Positions 28,309 to 41,600 of a stretch of DNA of 64,000 nt are shown here, one piece after another (the stretch's first letter is position 1; the number at the start of each line of letters is the position of its first letter). Both the position numbers and the translations under genes were made by a program. The notes below the pieces were generated by a model. The model was not told the DNA's origin, did no database searches, and saw only the letters and a list, made by a program, of their open reading frames with translations. Source of the DNA: Octopus bimaculoides (Eukaryota). The stretch spans positions 55,822,383 to 55,886,382 of the forward strand of contig NC_068982.1 of NCBI RefSeq assembly GCF_001194135.2, given 5' to 3'.

Positions 28309-28772
28309 AACCTTAGCCTCTATGTTGTAAGACAGGAAATACATAATCGGATGTTCGACGGAATCGGTAATCGCTTTTATTGATGGCAGAATAAAGAAGA
28401 TGCTAATAATTTCCTTATAATATTGATTGACACTTTCAAAAAATTAAAAACGAAATGGAAGAAATTAGTTCAGTTCACACATATGAATGAGTATTTCCAT
28501 GATAATATAAAATTTAACAAGGAATAATACTAAAGCTTGCTTCTCGACCATGTAGTCTTGGATTCAGTTCCACTGCGTGGCATCTTGGGCTAGGGTCTTC
28601 TGCAATAGTCCTGAGCTGACTAAAGCCTAGTGAGTGAATTTGGTAGAGGGAAACTGAAAAGAATCCGTCGTGCATGTATGTGATCGTCGGTAATCTAAAA
28701 CCTGAAAGAGGCAGGCTTCTGTTAGAGGCCTGCAAAACAATAAATCGCATGGTACCGAATCAAACTGTTTTG

Positions 28773-28841
<69 letters not shown>

Positions 28842-30040
28842 NNNNNNNNNNNNNNNNNNNNNNNNNNNNNNNNNNNNNNNNNNNNNNCTCATATATAGGT
28901 ATAAGCTTGCACATACACACACACACACGCACACGCATGCACAACACACGCATGCACACACACACGCATGTACACGCGCACACGCATGCACACACATACG
29001 CATGCACACACACACGCATGCACAAATACACATACACACACACACATCAACATTATCTTTACTACTCGTGAAGTCTCCTTTCGCTAAGCTGATTTTAACT
29101 TTATCTTCTCACCTTTTCTCTTTTCTCTATTTCTTCCATTCTACATTTCTACCCCACTTCTTATGTGCTAGAAGGTATCCTTCCTCCTTTTCTTTCATCC
29201 TTGAATTCGTTCTGCTTCCCTTCTTCCATTAATCTTTTATTTTTGCTAACATTACTATAAGAGCCGCATTTGTCAATCTTCTCTTGATGTGGGGAACCAG
29301 ACTTAAACTTATTGTAATATCTTCCTGTGACTGGTTACCGATTATATAACGATGACTTTGTACATTTCATCTACAAATTATGATTAATATGATTGTTAGG
29401 TAACTCCGAGCTTCCTGAAACAGCTGTCGAGTTATGAAATTATATACTTTTTCAAATTTTATTCTGTATTTTTTGTGCCCCTATGTAAATATATCTACAT
29501 CAAGCCTAACTGTGTTTATCTCCATTATTAACTCGATATGCCGCGACTGTGTTTGTGTTATGTTTGTTACTCTACACCATTAGACAACCGGTGTTAGCTT
29601 GTTTACCTCTCCGTAAACTAGCGTTTCGGCAAAAGAGACCGACAGAGTGCCAGGCATAAAAAAGAAGTACTGGGGTCGATTTGTTCGACGAAAGCCTTCA
29701 AGATGGTGCTCCAGCATGAGAGCAGTTCAATGACCGAAACAATTAAAGCATAAATTATATGAAATATATACATTTGTAAAGAAACTCATGTGAATCAGCA
29801 GAGAATTCATTCCTTAAAACCGAAGAATAAATTAAGTCGGTTTCAACAAATTAATAAAGTAGAAATAATTTGAATATCAAGTAATGTTTTTTGCTACTTG
29901 ACCGTGGCTGTTCCGTAAGAACGCACATTACTGCGATTTTTTTAACACCAAGAGGACATCTTCTCTAATTGGGCACGATGCAACCGGCATCCGATATACT
30001 GCAAGCAGGGGAGCGAACCCCTACCACCTTCTTGTGACAG

Positions 30041-30094
30041 GACCAGCGGACCAGCCTGGTTTCGGACTATTTCTGCCCTTCCTCAGTGCTGGAC
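30041..30094 (-). ncRNA. Type I hammerhead ribozyme motif with intact core (Penelope-like-element type)
   Basis: Minus strand reads GUCCAGCA-CUGAGGA-A-GGGC-AGAAAUA-GUCC-GAAA-CCA-GGC-UGG-UC^-CGCUGGUC. It has the CUGANGA and GAAA core, a 4-bp stem II, a palindromic stem III (ACCAG-G-CUGGU), a GUC cleavage triplet, and a 5-bp stem I with one C-A mismatch next to the cut. Confidence 0.8.
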
Positions 30095-30604
30095 ACCTTG
30101 AATGTCAATAGAGCAGTTTTTACACCAACAAAAGAGTGTGCATTGATGCAAATAGTATTGCGATCTCCGGTTGCCAGGAATGTCGTTCTGATCTATGGAA
30201 CCTATTCAAACTTTATTCTTAAGTTCTCTGATATAACATACTGGATTGCATAATGCTAAGCTCATTATACATTGGAGTGATTTCCCGTTACTATCTACAG
30301 GCATGTATAAAGACGAAGAATTTTTGGTGAAGATGAAATTATAGGTGTGACGTTTAATGCTATTCCAAATGCGATGAAGTCAAAGAGATTAGAAATTGGT
30401 TCAGAGATTTCGTTCAAGAGAAAGATGTTTGCTTGACAACAGTATTCAATTTCTGATATTTAAATAAATTAATTATTTGGAAGCTGCAGGTGGGGAGCGT
30501 TTGGAGATAGGATAATAAGCCAATGTGTCAGCGGTTCATGATGAAGTGATTTAGCTCCTCTCAACAGCCCAAAACATCCATCAAGCTGAAAATAACTATT
30601 GGTG

Positions 30605-30648
<44 letters not shown>

Positions 30649-30783
30649 TATCTATCTATCTATGCGTTTCTCAACTTTTTTTGTCCCACACTCTATTTCG
30701 ATCTCCACCTCAAAAAGAAAAAAAAAAAGGTTTTCCCCCACCATGAACTGACTTCGTTGGTATCTATCTATCTATCTATCTTT

Positions 30784-30830
<47 letters not shown>

Positions 30831-31040
30831 TTACGCACACTTCTGAAAAGCCAACGAGGAATACGAACCAACGAAGAAAACGAGTCACAGTGAGAGCTTT
30901 GATAAATAAATCTTCAAATCTCACCCCACACACTCGAAAACAGAAATGACATTGTAGATAATGTAATTCTCTCAAAAGCTTTCAAAAGACGGGATAATTG
31001 TTGTTGAAACGCTATTGATCATAGGTCTAATCAATTAGTA

Positions 31041-31378
31041 AAGGCACATAGCTCAGTGGTTAGAGCGTCAAGTTTACAATTGTGAAGTAGTGAGTTTGAT
31101 TCCTGGACTGGCCAGTGTGTTATGTTCTTGAGCAAGACACATTATTCCACGTTGCTCCAGTTCACTCAGCTGTAGAAAGGAGTTGCAACGTCACTGGTGT
31201 CAAGCTGTATCGGCTTTTGCTTTTCCCTTGGATAAAATCGGTGGCGTGGAGAGGGGAGACAGGTATGCATGGGTGAATACTTGTCTTCCATAAACAACCT
31301 CGCCCAGATTTGTGCTACGGAGGGGAACTTTGTAAGTGCAATACCATGGTCAACCATGACCGAAGGGGGTCTTTATCC
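31041..31378 (+). mobile_element. tRNA-derived SINE family E (second copy at about 33000-33330)
   Basis: Shared TGTTCTTGAGCAAGAC...CACGTTGCTCCAGTTCAC.CAGCTG...CAAGCTGTATC...CATAAACAACCT...CATGACCGAA. Confidence 0.7.
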
Positions 31379-32150
31379 TGCTCAATCAACAGCCACTAAC
31401 AGCAACAACGTCATAATGAAATAAGTGCTTTAACAGATCTGTGCTCAAGAGCGCTCCAGCCGCAACCGTTCCATTTCCACCCATATATACAGGGAATAGA
31501 AGATTACATTATCCAACGTATAGTTTTCGAAAACGTGCGAATAATTTTGCTGTTCCTCAAAACGTTTAGCAAGAACAAGTATGGGCAACCTTCTTCGAGA
31601 AGTGGGCCGCGTGAGACATGGCTTCTCGTCAAGCAGACCGCACCACTAAAAATATTCAAGGTGAATTTTCGTTAGCGTGCTATTTGGCAAGTCCTGCAGG
31701 TCGAATGCGGTTTGTTGGCTGCAGTTTTCCTATGAATGAGTTGGAATGTTTTGATTAACTGAAACATTTGTTTGCTTTGTTGTTGATGCAACAAAGATTT
31801 TGGTGACGAAGAAAAAGGATGATGATGATGACGATGATGACAAAGATATAATAACGACAAAATCAACAATAGAAACAATAAAAATATGCGGTAAGACGAT
31901 AGAGAAATAAAACGGAGAAAAAAAATTAATAAAAATTAATAAAACAAACAAACACATTAGGGTTTTGATGACCCCCACCCCACCCCACTCCTTACCCTTA
32001 TGCTACTTGCCAGCGTTGTTTACGGAAGGCCGGTAACTACTTAATACATTAATGAAATTATCATCAACTTTCTCGGAGACGTCGTTAAAATTCGTGAAAA
32101 TAAACAGAAAACAGGTTAATATTTGAATAGTACAGAAACAGAAAGAGAGA

Positions 32151-32236
<86 letters not shown>

Positions 32237-33327
32237 TGGTATGGTGACAAGGGAGTCATTGTTTGCCAGCATTCAATTCCGCAAGGTAAAATTCAACAAA
32301 GAGAGAGAGATAAAGAAAGTTTCATTGCAGCAAACTATCCTTTACTGATTTTTCTCTCTTCGGTGAAATCTGTTTCTTTTATTAACCTTGCTATGACGAT
32401 AGACGAAACAACCAAGGCACATCTAAGAGGTCGCTCGCTTTGTAAGAAATAAATTACCCTTTTTACTCTCTTAAAAAAGGAAAGGCACAATTGGAATGCC
32501 TTGACTCTAGGTCTAGCCAATACATACATACATACATACAAACATACATACATACATACATACGCACACATGTATTTATGTGCATTGTAGAAGTTTTGAG
32601 ACTTTTTTTTTTAGGAGAGGCATTTATAACTGTCCCAAATCATTGTAATTTCAGTATATCCTTACCATACGTCTGTAGAGGCACATGGCCTAATGGTTAG
32701 AGCAGCGGAATCACGGTCGAGGGATCGCGGGTTCGAATCTCAGACCAGGCGTTGTACGTGTTTATGAGCGAAAAACCTAAGCTCCACGCAGCTCCGACAG
32801 AAGGTTATGGCGTACTTCTGCTGACTCTTTCGCTACAACTCTCCGCTATACGAATATTGTGGGTAAACTTTTGGCTGTATGGTCTTTAATCATAGTTTAG
32901 TTAGAGAGCTAACCTATGGATATTGGGGATCATCATCATCATCAACAACAAAAACAATGACGACAAAAGCTTTGTGTTTATTCATTTTTCAAAGTCTAGA
33001 AGGTTGTGTGGTTAAGAAGCTCGCTTTGCAACCATGTGGTTAAAAATTCATTGGTGAAACTGTGAGGAGTCCGGGCTGTGTGTTGTGTTCTTGAGCAAGA
33101 CTTTTCATTTCACGTTGCTCCAGTTCACGCAGCTGAAGAAGTAAGTTGCAATATCACTGGTGCCAAGCTGTATCCGCCTTTGCCTTTCTCTTGGCGTGGA
33201 GAGTAGAGGCTGGCATGCATGGGCGACTGCTGGTCTTCCATAAACAACCTTGCCTGGACTTGTTCTTCGGATGGAAACTTTCTAGGAGCAATCCCATGGT
33301 CATTCATGACCGAAAAGGATCTTTACT

Positions 33328-33363
<36 letters not shown>

Positions 33364-33935
33364 TGAGTGTGTGTTTGTCCCCTTCCCTCCATTGCTTCAC
33401 AACCGTGTTGGTTACTATACGTTCCTATAATCTAGCAGTTTGACAAAAGAGACCGATAGAACTGATACCAGACTAAAAGAAAAAAATATAAGTACTGGGG
33501 TCAATTTCTACAACTAAACCCTTCAAGGCGGTGTCCCAGCATGGTTGCAGTCCAATGATTGAAAACAAGCAACAGATAAAACATAAACAATGTTGGAAAA
33601 CACTCAGGACTAGATATTTTATTCCGTAACTGTTTCGTTAGATTTTTGTTCGACTTATATGTTCTGCCAGATTCAGTTTACTTTTCATCTTTCCCACTTA
33701 GTTTAAAAACAACAGATTTCTATTCTAGATTCTAATACAAAAAATTAGCCTGGTAATTTAGTCAAAACGAATTAACATAAAATGCTACAAACGCCAGCGG
33801 AGTAGCAGAAACCCTTGAGGACCAGACTAAATTGCTTGTAGCACTTAATTACTTCCTTTAACGTTGTGATTCATGCACACTTCACACCGATTCATTTTGC
33901 CTTTCATTTTCTGAGAGCGTATAATACAATATTTC

Positions 33936-34712
33936 GGAGGTGTACTTGCCAGGCAATTGGTTTAATCTGAGATTGTACATTGAAACTAAAACAATCGCAG
34001 GATGGAAGACATATTAGCCATTCAAAAATACACAAAAATACATTTAAACATTTATTATACTGGGTAACAAAACTTTTATAATTCTTTTTGTTTTATTTTG
34101 GTCAGTAAGTGTTATTTCATATTTGTTTCTATCTAGAAGTCAAAGGAAATGACTACTATTACCTTCAAACTTTGCTTTTGTGACCTGGACATCAATGTTT
34201 TAAAACTGATCTATTTTCCATTACATTTCAGACCGATTCAGTGCTGAGTTGCTGAAAAGAAATATCATTATAGCAAATATTCTGTTGAATGCCACAAATT
34301 TGCTTGTCACTTGCTTGACCTTAACCACTTGAACATGTTCCTTAGTGGCTGACAAAATGTGTATCTCTGATTACGAGCAGGAGTTGTGGAGGAGCATGAT
34401 AGCCACATGTTGAGAGGGACTCTTTGGAGTTTGAATAAATGCAACAAAAGCAAAATTTGAAGGAAATATTAACCACTTTTCATACTTTCTAGGGGTAAGC
34501 GAATAGGAAATAACAGTTGCTACCCAAGGGAAAAAAATCATGTTACTCAGTGCTATTTTGTGCATGAGGAATCATGCAGTGGGACCTCATTAGTGACCAG
34601 GTCGCTGCTCGTGCGACAAAAATTTTGACACTAAATAATAAAATGTTTAAGTGAAGTTAACAGTCTTTGTGTGTTTTTTGAATGGCTAATGTATGCCTTC
34701 TGCGCTGCAATC
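33936..34712. mobile_element. Second divergent pair of the same repeat unit (arms 33936-34078 minus, 34588-34712 plus)
   Basis: Same tail sequence as 25778-26072 in both orientations, separated by about 510 bp of other repeat DNA. Confidence 0.55.
34588..34632 (+). ncRNA. Second G3-C8 hammerhead-like copy (G12>A, probably inactive)
   Basis: CAUUA-GUGACCA-G-GUCGC-UGCUCGU-GCGAC-AAAA-AUUU-UGACAC. Stem II is a perfect 5 bp with a different loop from the 63759 copy. The GAAA to AAAA change is consistent with CpG decay of GACGAAA. Confidence 0.5.
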
Positions 34713-37620
34713 GAATTAATGCAATAAGCCCCAATCAATTATTGGAGTCGATATAATCGACTTTTCTCTCCATCACCCAAACTTATTATGAGTGATAATC
34801 GAGTGGTATTTGAAAAATGAGAAGAATAGTGTCAACGTTACAGGTAAATGTTTTGGGCATTGACAACAGCATTGGTAAATAACTAGGGAAAAAAAGTAGT
34901 GAGTTGGGGTTGATAAAATTAGTTTCAATTAAGTACTGTGATCAATTAGTACTGTGATCGATACCTGGATCAATTAGTACTGTGATCAATACCTTGTGAA
35001 TAGCATTAGTCGACGGAAATGTGAAAGATCTCTATGTACAAGAAATAGCAGCCAAATATTACTCGAAAAAGGAAGGACAAAATAGATAATGTAATCTTAG
35101 ACACCCACACTGTTTGTAGAGTCAGTAATTTTGCTAAGATTCTAATAAACTTAAGATTGATACTTATTTAAACTGCTATGTAGATGTTAATTTTTTTTTA
35201 ATGATAGTTTTACATAAAATACAAATTCATTTTTAAAATAAACTGACTAAACATGAAATTTTAGAAAACCGACTGAAAATAAAATTTTTCCTTTAACTTA
35301 ATTCGACAATTCTTCGAAGAGCTGAGTAAATTAATCTAACGATAAAAGTTTGTTTCTTTACGTTGCAATGGGAAATAAAATATTTCATGTAGAAAACAAG
35401 TCGGATGTGCCTATATTCTCATTTAAACTGATAAAATGAAAGGAGACGAGATGTTTTCTGGATTAAAATTCCTATAAATGGAGTCAAATTCTTCACGACA
35501 ATAATCTAGAGTATTAAGATTTTAAAAATAAAACTTGAAGGGAGTAAATTTAAATTTAGGATAAGCGTATAAAACTGTTATACAAACACTGAAGAAAATA
35601 GACATGCCTTGCTAAATATAGCTATGGTTAAACATGCATAAGCTAGCACTTCGAACGATGCCAAATTGATAATGTGGTGGCTAATCTCCTGCAACAGCCT
35701 TGCTACAAACCAGTTAAACAATTTGTAAGTTTGTTGATCAAGTGATTTAGACTTTGTTGTGTAGTTGAATATTTTCTTAAGATCCCAGCGAAGTCATCTA
35801 TCTTTAGAAAAATAGGGAAAGAGACATTGATTTTAACTTCACTTTGCCGAATCTCTCAGGTCTGATTAGGCCATAACAAAGATTGATTTAGCTGTATTTT
35901 TTTTTTGTTGGTCCAAGAAATGTTCAGTAAAACAAAGAGAGGAATTTTGTGTTACATAATGAAAGTGAGAATGGGTAGGTCAGCATAAATGACTTGTAGA
36001 GAGCTGTTATATGGGAGGAGTCAGGGAAATTACATTCTTTAACGACAAGTCATTGTTTGAGACAGTTTAAAGATGTGAAAATGTAAATAAGTAGCGGATT
36101 CTCGAGATTAGTCATGAAAAAGTTAGACATTGATCAACGTTCAGAAGTGGCTTGAAGTTTGTGAAAAGAAACACATTTGCCTTCACCCGACAGTTATATA
36201 AACATATTAGATAAAAAAATCAATCCTTTATAGATGGGGGCGGGGAGGGGGGTACAAAAATCTTACACTTCCTGTATAAATTCCTTCTTTCTTTTCTTTC
36301 ACNNNNNNNNNNNNNNNNNNNNNNNNNNNNNNNNNNNNNNNNNNNNNNNNNNNNNNNNNNNNNNNNNNNNNNNNNNNNNNNNNNNNAATGTATTGATTAA
36401 GAATAGATTTAAAATAAACAAAAAAAACGTTTCTATTTCATGACCTTATTCCAATACATTTGAAGTTACGTAATGTTGTACAGTTATGATGTTCCCACCA
36501 GATCTTCACACTGCTAGTAATCCACCTCTAATTTGTCTTGTCAACATACTGTCTAGTAATAGATCCGTCGACTCTAAAATAACTTTTCGGAACTGATCTC
36601 CCTTGTCGTCAAGGTCTCACTTAACATTATATTTATTTCTTTTACGGATACGCACTCTCAAATTGTGTGTGTGTGTGTGTGTGTGTGTGTAGGATACGCT
36701 TGCGAGACACTCATGTCTTTGTGAAGGGCTTTCTCAAATCAACGAAATTATATTGCTTTGATCAAGAATCGAAACTGGTTTTCATGACCATCTGTAAGCT
36801 TTGCCTTACACAATAGCACTCGCCTCTCATTTATATCATCTTATTTTATCACTTTAACTTCACACAATGCTGGCGATTTAGAAGGAAGGAATAAAATGTA
36901 ACATCTTTGCTTTCCTCTTGAGATAATTGGTGTTGGTAAAATTAACCGAAATGTTTATAAACAGGAATCAAAATTGGATTACGAGTTTGTCAAGCCAAAT
37001 TGTTGCTTCTACGGATCTCACTCAACCAGTATATAAAGCAATATAAACGTATTAAATATTTTTCCTGATGATTCTGAAATTAAATATTATTTGAAAAGTA
37101 GTTCTATAAAATACAAGAAAATAACTTAATAGATCGGCTAACCAGTAATGTTTATTACATTTTGTACATGGTCATCGCTGATCCCTAACTCGCCACACGC
37201 AGACCCTTTAGAATGAATACAATGTTTAGCATACAGTGACAAAGCTAAGGCGACGAGCTGGCAGAATCGTTGCTGTACTGGTAAAAATGATTAGCGGCAT
37301 TTATTACGTTCTGAGTTCAATTGTCGCCGAGGCCGACTTAGTCTTTCAACCCTTTCGGGATCATAAAATAAGTTTCAGTTGAACACTGGGTTGAAGTAAT
37401 CGACTTATCCACTCCTCCAAATTGCTAGTCTAGTGCCAACATTTGAAACCAGTATACAGCTACAATGTTAATATTTCTATAAAACAGTAGTTAGACTTGA
37501 CTAAACAGCCATTTCCTTCCTTTTGAACGTAATACATTTTTATTAAAAGTTTATGAAAGTCTCGTTTTCAACAAATTCTCTTAAGTATTTTCCAAAAGTG
37601 TGAAGAGCAATAACTTAATT

Positions 37621-37840
37621 GGCGGCCTAGTGGTTAGGGTGTTGGATTCATGATAGTAAGATTGTGGTTTCGATTCCGGAAAGGAGCGATGACCGGGTGA
37701 TATGTTGTATTCGTTAGTAAAACACTTCATTTCACGTTGCTCCAGTCCACTCAGCTGGTGCAATGAGTAATCCTGCGACGGACCGGCTTTCCGTCCAGGG
37801 AGGAACATATACACCAGAGAAATCGGGAAACCGGTTCTAT
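37621..37840 (+). mobile_element. tRNA-derived SINE family F (related copy at about 50660-50860, minus)
   Basis: GGCCTAGTGGTTAGGGTG...GGTTTCGATTCC head and CACTTCATTTCACGTTGCTCCAGTCCACTCAGCTG core. Confidence 0.6.
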
Positions 37841-39589
37841 ACTCCTTATGGAGTAATGTGAACTAATCATAACTGAATTTGCTACTACCTGGTTAAGATC
37901 CAAGTTTCAAGACACTGAAGACATTACTTGATAAGCAGTTTCACAATTCTCGCTTCAAGAACGTTATAAATAAACTCATTTGTAGCCAATTCAATAAAAA
38001 ATATCAAACAGTTTATCATTTAGGCACTTTATAAAAATGCATAGTTAAATGTTGCAATGAAAGCCAGTGACGAACAAGCGGCTATTGAAAAATAATCAAG
38101 GGTTTTATCTTGAACTGTTTCTGTAAAGCTCAGTTATAGCTCCTCATATTTTGGGAAAATGTTTAGGGAAATTTGTAGAAAACGGGAGATATGTAAACTT
38201 TTGACAAAAATATCTCACATTTCCTGGAAAAAATACATGGCAGTTCAGTTGAGTTTTATCACTGTTTATATATATATTAACTTTTGTATCTTTATATTAT
38301 AATTTATTCATATATATAAAAAAAAAGACAAATTTATGCAAGGTTTTAGTGAGAGAGTTTTTCTCTGACGACCAAGGACTTTCTTGAAACGTTAGGCTTC
38401 TCATCTCCCTGCAGCACACGAATTTTATCTAAATATCCAGGCTTTACTAAAAACTTTTTGATGAGCATACCACTACTAGTTTCTTCGAATTCTATTTTCA
38501 CTTAATATAAGGTTTATCATTCTCTAATGATAGTATTACCTTTCTGAAAGGCAACGAGCTAGCAGAATCGTAAGTAAGCCAAGAATAATTCTTCGCAGTA
38601 TTTACGTTCCTTGTTCAAATTCCGCCGTGGTCGACTTTTCTTTTCCTCCTTCGGAGTTAAGGAAGTAAGTAGCGGTTGAACACTGTGGTCGATGTATCAA
38701 CTTCTACTTCCCTCAAAAACTGCTGGTCTTGTGACAAAGTTTGAAACAAATATTATCTTTCTGAATCACAAAACTCATTGTTGTATAGTTTGTGTACATC
38801 CACCGAAGATAATCTATCCCTGGGTACCACCTTAGGAACCTTTAAACTAGTAATAACACTTAACAAAATACGCATAAATAAATGTATTACATCTTTCTGC
38901 TTATGTTTTGTCATTTACAATGGCCCAAAATGCCTTCAGTACCTCCATATCCCATGCACCTTTCTATGTGTGTGCCTGTGTATATACACATATACATGTA
39001 CATTTAGTGTGTTTTAAATATTTTTCGGGAACAACTCTTGTAAGAAAGAGTTCATATATAAATGTGGAAACTCCTATATCTTTAAATATGATACGTAAGT
39101 GTGACTTGCTTTTGTAATTTATCATTTCCTGTTCAGTCTTATTGGGTATTGCCGTTGAAAGAATTTGCTGTACAATTTTTTGGTAGCTATATTCTGGTTG
39201 AATTTTGTATGTGTGTGCTTCTTCCTTATTGTAATGCTTCTCTATAGCCTCAAATTGCGAGATTTATCAAATGGTTTCTTTGCTTTTAAAATCTTACTAT
39301 TTTTCTAATTTAATTTGTTGTCTGGAGTACCATTCAATTATGGAGTTAGTGGTAGAAATCGAACAAAATGTTTAGTATATAATGTTTAATTTTGCTCTGT
39401 ATACTCTGAACACGTATTTCATAGAAGTTGACATTGCTCTACATACCGTTTGGTTAGCCGATAAAATAAATGCTAGCTATGTTTAGAATCGATAAAGTAA
39501 ACACCAACCATATTGTCGAGTCCATTGGTTCAACTTCATCGAAAGCGTGGCCTTTATTCCCATATGAGAAATAACAATAACGTTTTCAA

Positions 39590-41600
39590 ATCTTGGCACA
39601 AGACCATCGATTTTAGGGGAAGACGTAAGTCAGTTACGTCGATCTCCCACTCCCAGTGCTCAACTAGTACGTTATTTTAGCAATCCCCCAAAAGATAAAT
39701 GGCAGAGTTGACCATGGTGGAATTTGAACTTAGAATGTAGAGTCAGAGGAAATGCTGCTGAACATTTTGTTCGACGCACTAACGACTCTCCTAGCTCGCT
39801 GCCTTAGAAAAAAAAATAATTGTTTCTAACATAAGCACAAGGTCAGAAACTACAGGGAAGGGGAGTGTCTATAAAGTCAACATTAGTAACACTTATTTTA
39901 TTGACTTTGGAATGGTGAAAGATGAAGTTCCCTCGGCAGGAATTGAACACAGAACGTAATTGAAAAGGTGAAAGGTATTTTGTTTGACATTTATCGATTT
40001 AGCCGGTCCAACGCCTTAAATAATAAACATTTATAACATAGCTACAGGACCAGAAATTTCGGGGATGGATATGGACGTTTAAATTGCCCCCAGTTTTTCA
40101 CTAATACATTTTTTATAGATCCCAAAAAGACTTTGGTGAGGTTTGAACTCAGAATTTAAAGGGCCATAACCAAATGCCGTAAGATATTCTTTGCCTGACG
40201 TTCCATTGATTCTGCAAATCCACCGCTCAAAATAGTAATCATAATTGTTTCTAATATTGGTTTCAAAGTTTGGCACAAGGCCAGCAATTTCGGGAGAGGG
40301 GGTAAATCAATTTCATCGACCCCAATGCTCAACTAGTACTTATTTTGTCGACCCCGAACGGATGAAAAACAAAGTCGACCTCAGCAGAATTTGAACTCAA
40401 AACGTAAAAATGGACGAAATGACATTTACGCACTACGCCGGGTATTTTTTCGGGGTTCAATAAAATTAGTACTAGTTGAACATTGGGGATGATGTAATCG
40501 ACTAGCCTCCCTCCTCTCTCCAAATTTCAGACCTTGTACCTACAGTAGTGTGGAGGCGCAATGGCCCAGTGGTTAGGGCAGCGGACTCGCGGTCATAGGA
40601 TCGTGGTTTCGATTCCCAGACAGGGCGTTATGAGTGTTTATTGAAAACACCTAAAGCTCCACGAAGCTCCGGCAGGGGATGGTGGCGAACCCTGCTGTAC
40701 TCTTTCACCACAACTTTCTCTCACTCTTACTTCCTGTTTCTGTTCTGCCTGTAATTCAAAGAGCCGGACTTGTCACACACTGTCACGCCGAATATCCCCG
40801 AGAACTACGTTAAGGGTACACGTGTCTGTGGAGTGCTCAGCCACTTGCACGTTAATTTCACGAGCAGGCTGTTCCGTTGATCGGATCAACTGGAACCTTC
40901 GACGTCGTAAGCGACGGAGTGCCAACAACCTATAGTAGTAAAAAGGAAAGGGATGTTAATACTTCTTTCAAGTTTTTGCACAAGGCTAGCAGTTTTAGTG
41001 GGGAGGGAGACGCTGATTACATCGGATTCAGTATTTGACTGGTACTTAATATTACGGACACCGAAAAGATGAAAGACAAAGTTGATTCCTTTGGGGTTTG
41101 AACTCAGAACGTAATCAGTCAGCGGAAATGCCACAAAACATTTTTTTCCAAAGCGTTAATAATTCTGCTTCCTCACATTTCATAACCTAAATAACAATCA
41201 TAATAATCCTTCCTACTAGAGGCATAAGGCCTGAAATTTGGGTGAGAGGTAGTCTCTTACATCGACTTCAATGCTCAATTGATATTTATTTTATCGGACC
41301 CGAAAGGATGTAAGGTAGATCAACTTCGGCGGAACACTGAACGTAGAGCCGAAGTAAATGCCGTTAAGCATTTTCTTCCGGCGTGCTAATGATTCTGTCA
41401 GCTTGCCACCTTTGCAGCCCTACTAAGTCGTTAGTGGATTAGATACAATGCCCTGTTTCGACTCTCTGCGCTCTGCGTTCAAATTTGCACGTACGTCACC
41501 TTTGCCGTTCCCTTTTCAAGGCCAATAAAATAACGTAGCCGTCGGTTTAATTGGCTGACCACTCCTAATTTCTGGCCTTGTACCTACGTGAGAAATCATC
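39590..41600. mobile_element. Cluster of about eight SINE family B copies in both orientations, with a nested family C SINE
   Basis: Family B motif GAAAGGATGAAAGGCAAAGTCGACCTCGGCGGAATTTGAACTCAGAAC and its complement recur roughly every 200-250 bp. Confidence 0.75.
40550..40927 (+). mobile_element. tRNA-derived SINE family C, full length with 12-bp target-site duplication
   Basis: Head GGCGCAATGGCCCAGTGGTTAGGGCAGCGGACTCGCGG...GGTTTCGATTCCC; flanked by ACCTACAGTAGT (40538-40549) and ACCTATAGTAGT (40928-40939). Confidence 0.85.

Noticed and set aside
40550-40625. tRNA-like sequences at SINE heads (also 1336, 12400, 31041, 37621, 52032, 61626)
   Set aside because: They have A/B boxes but no complete cloverleaf, and each continues into a repeated SINE body; these are not tRNA genes.
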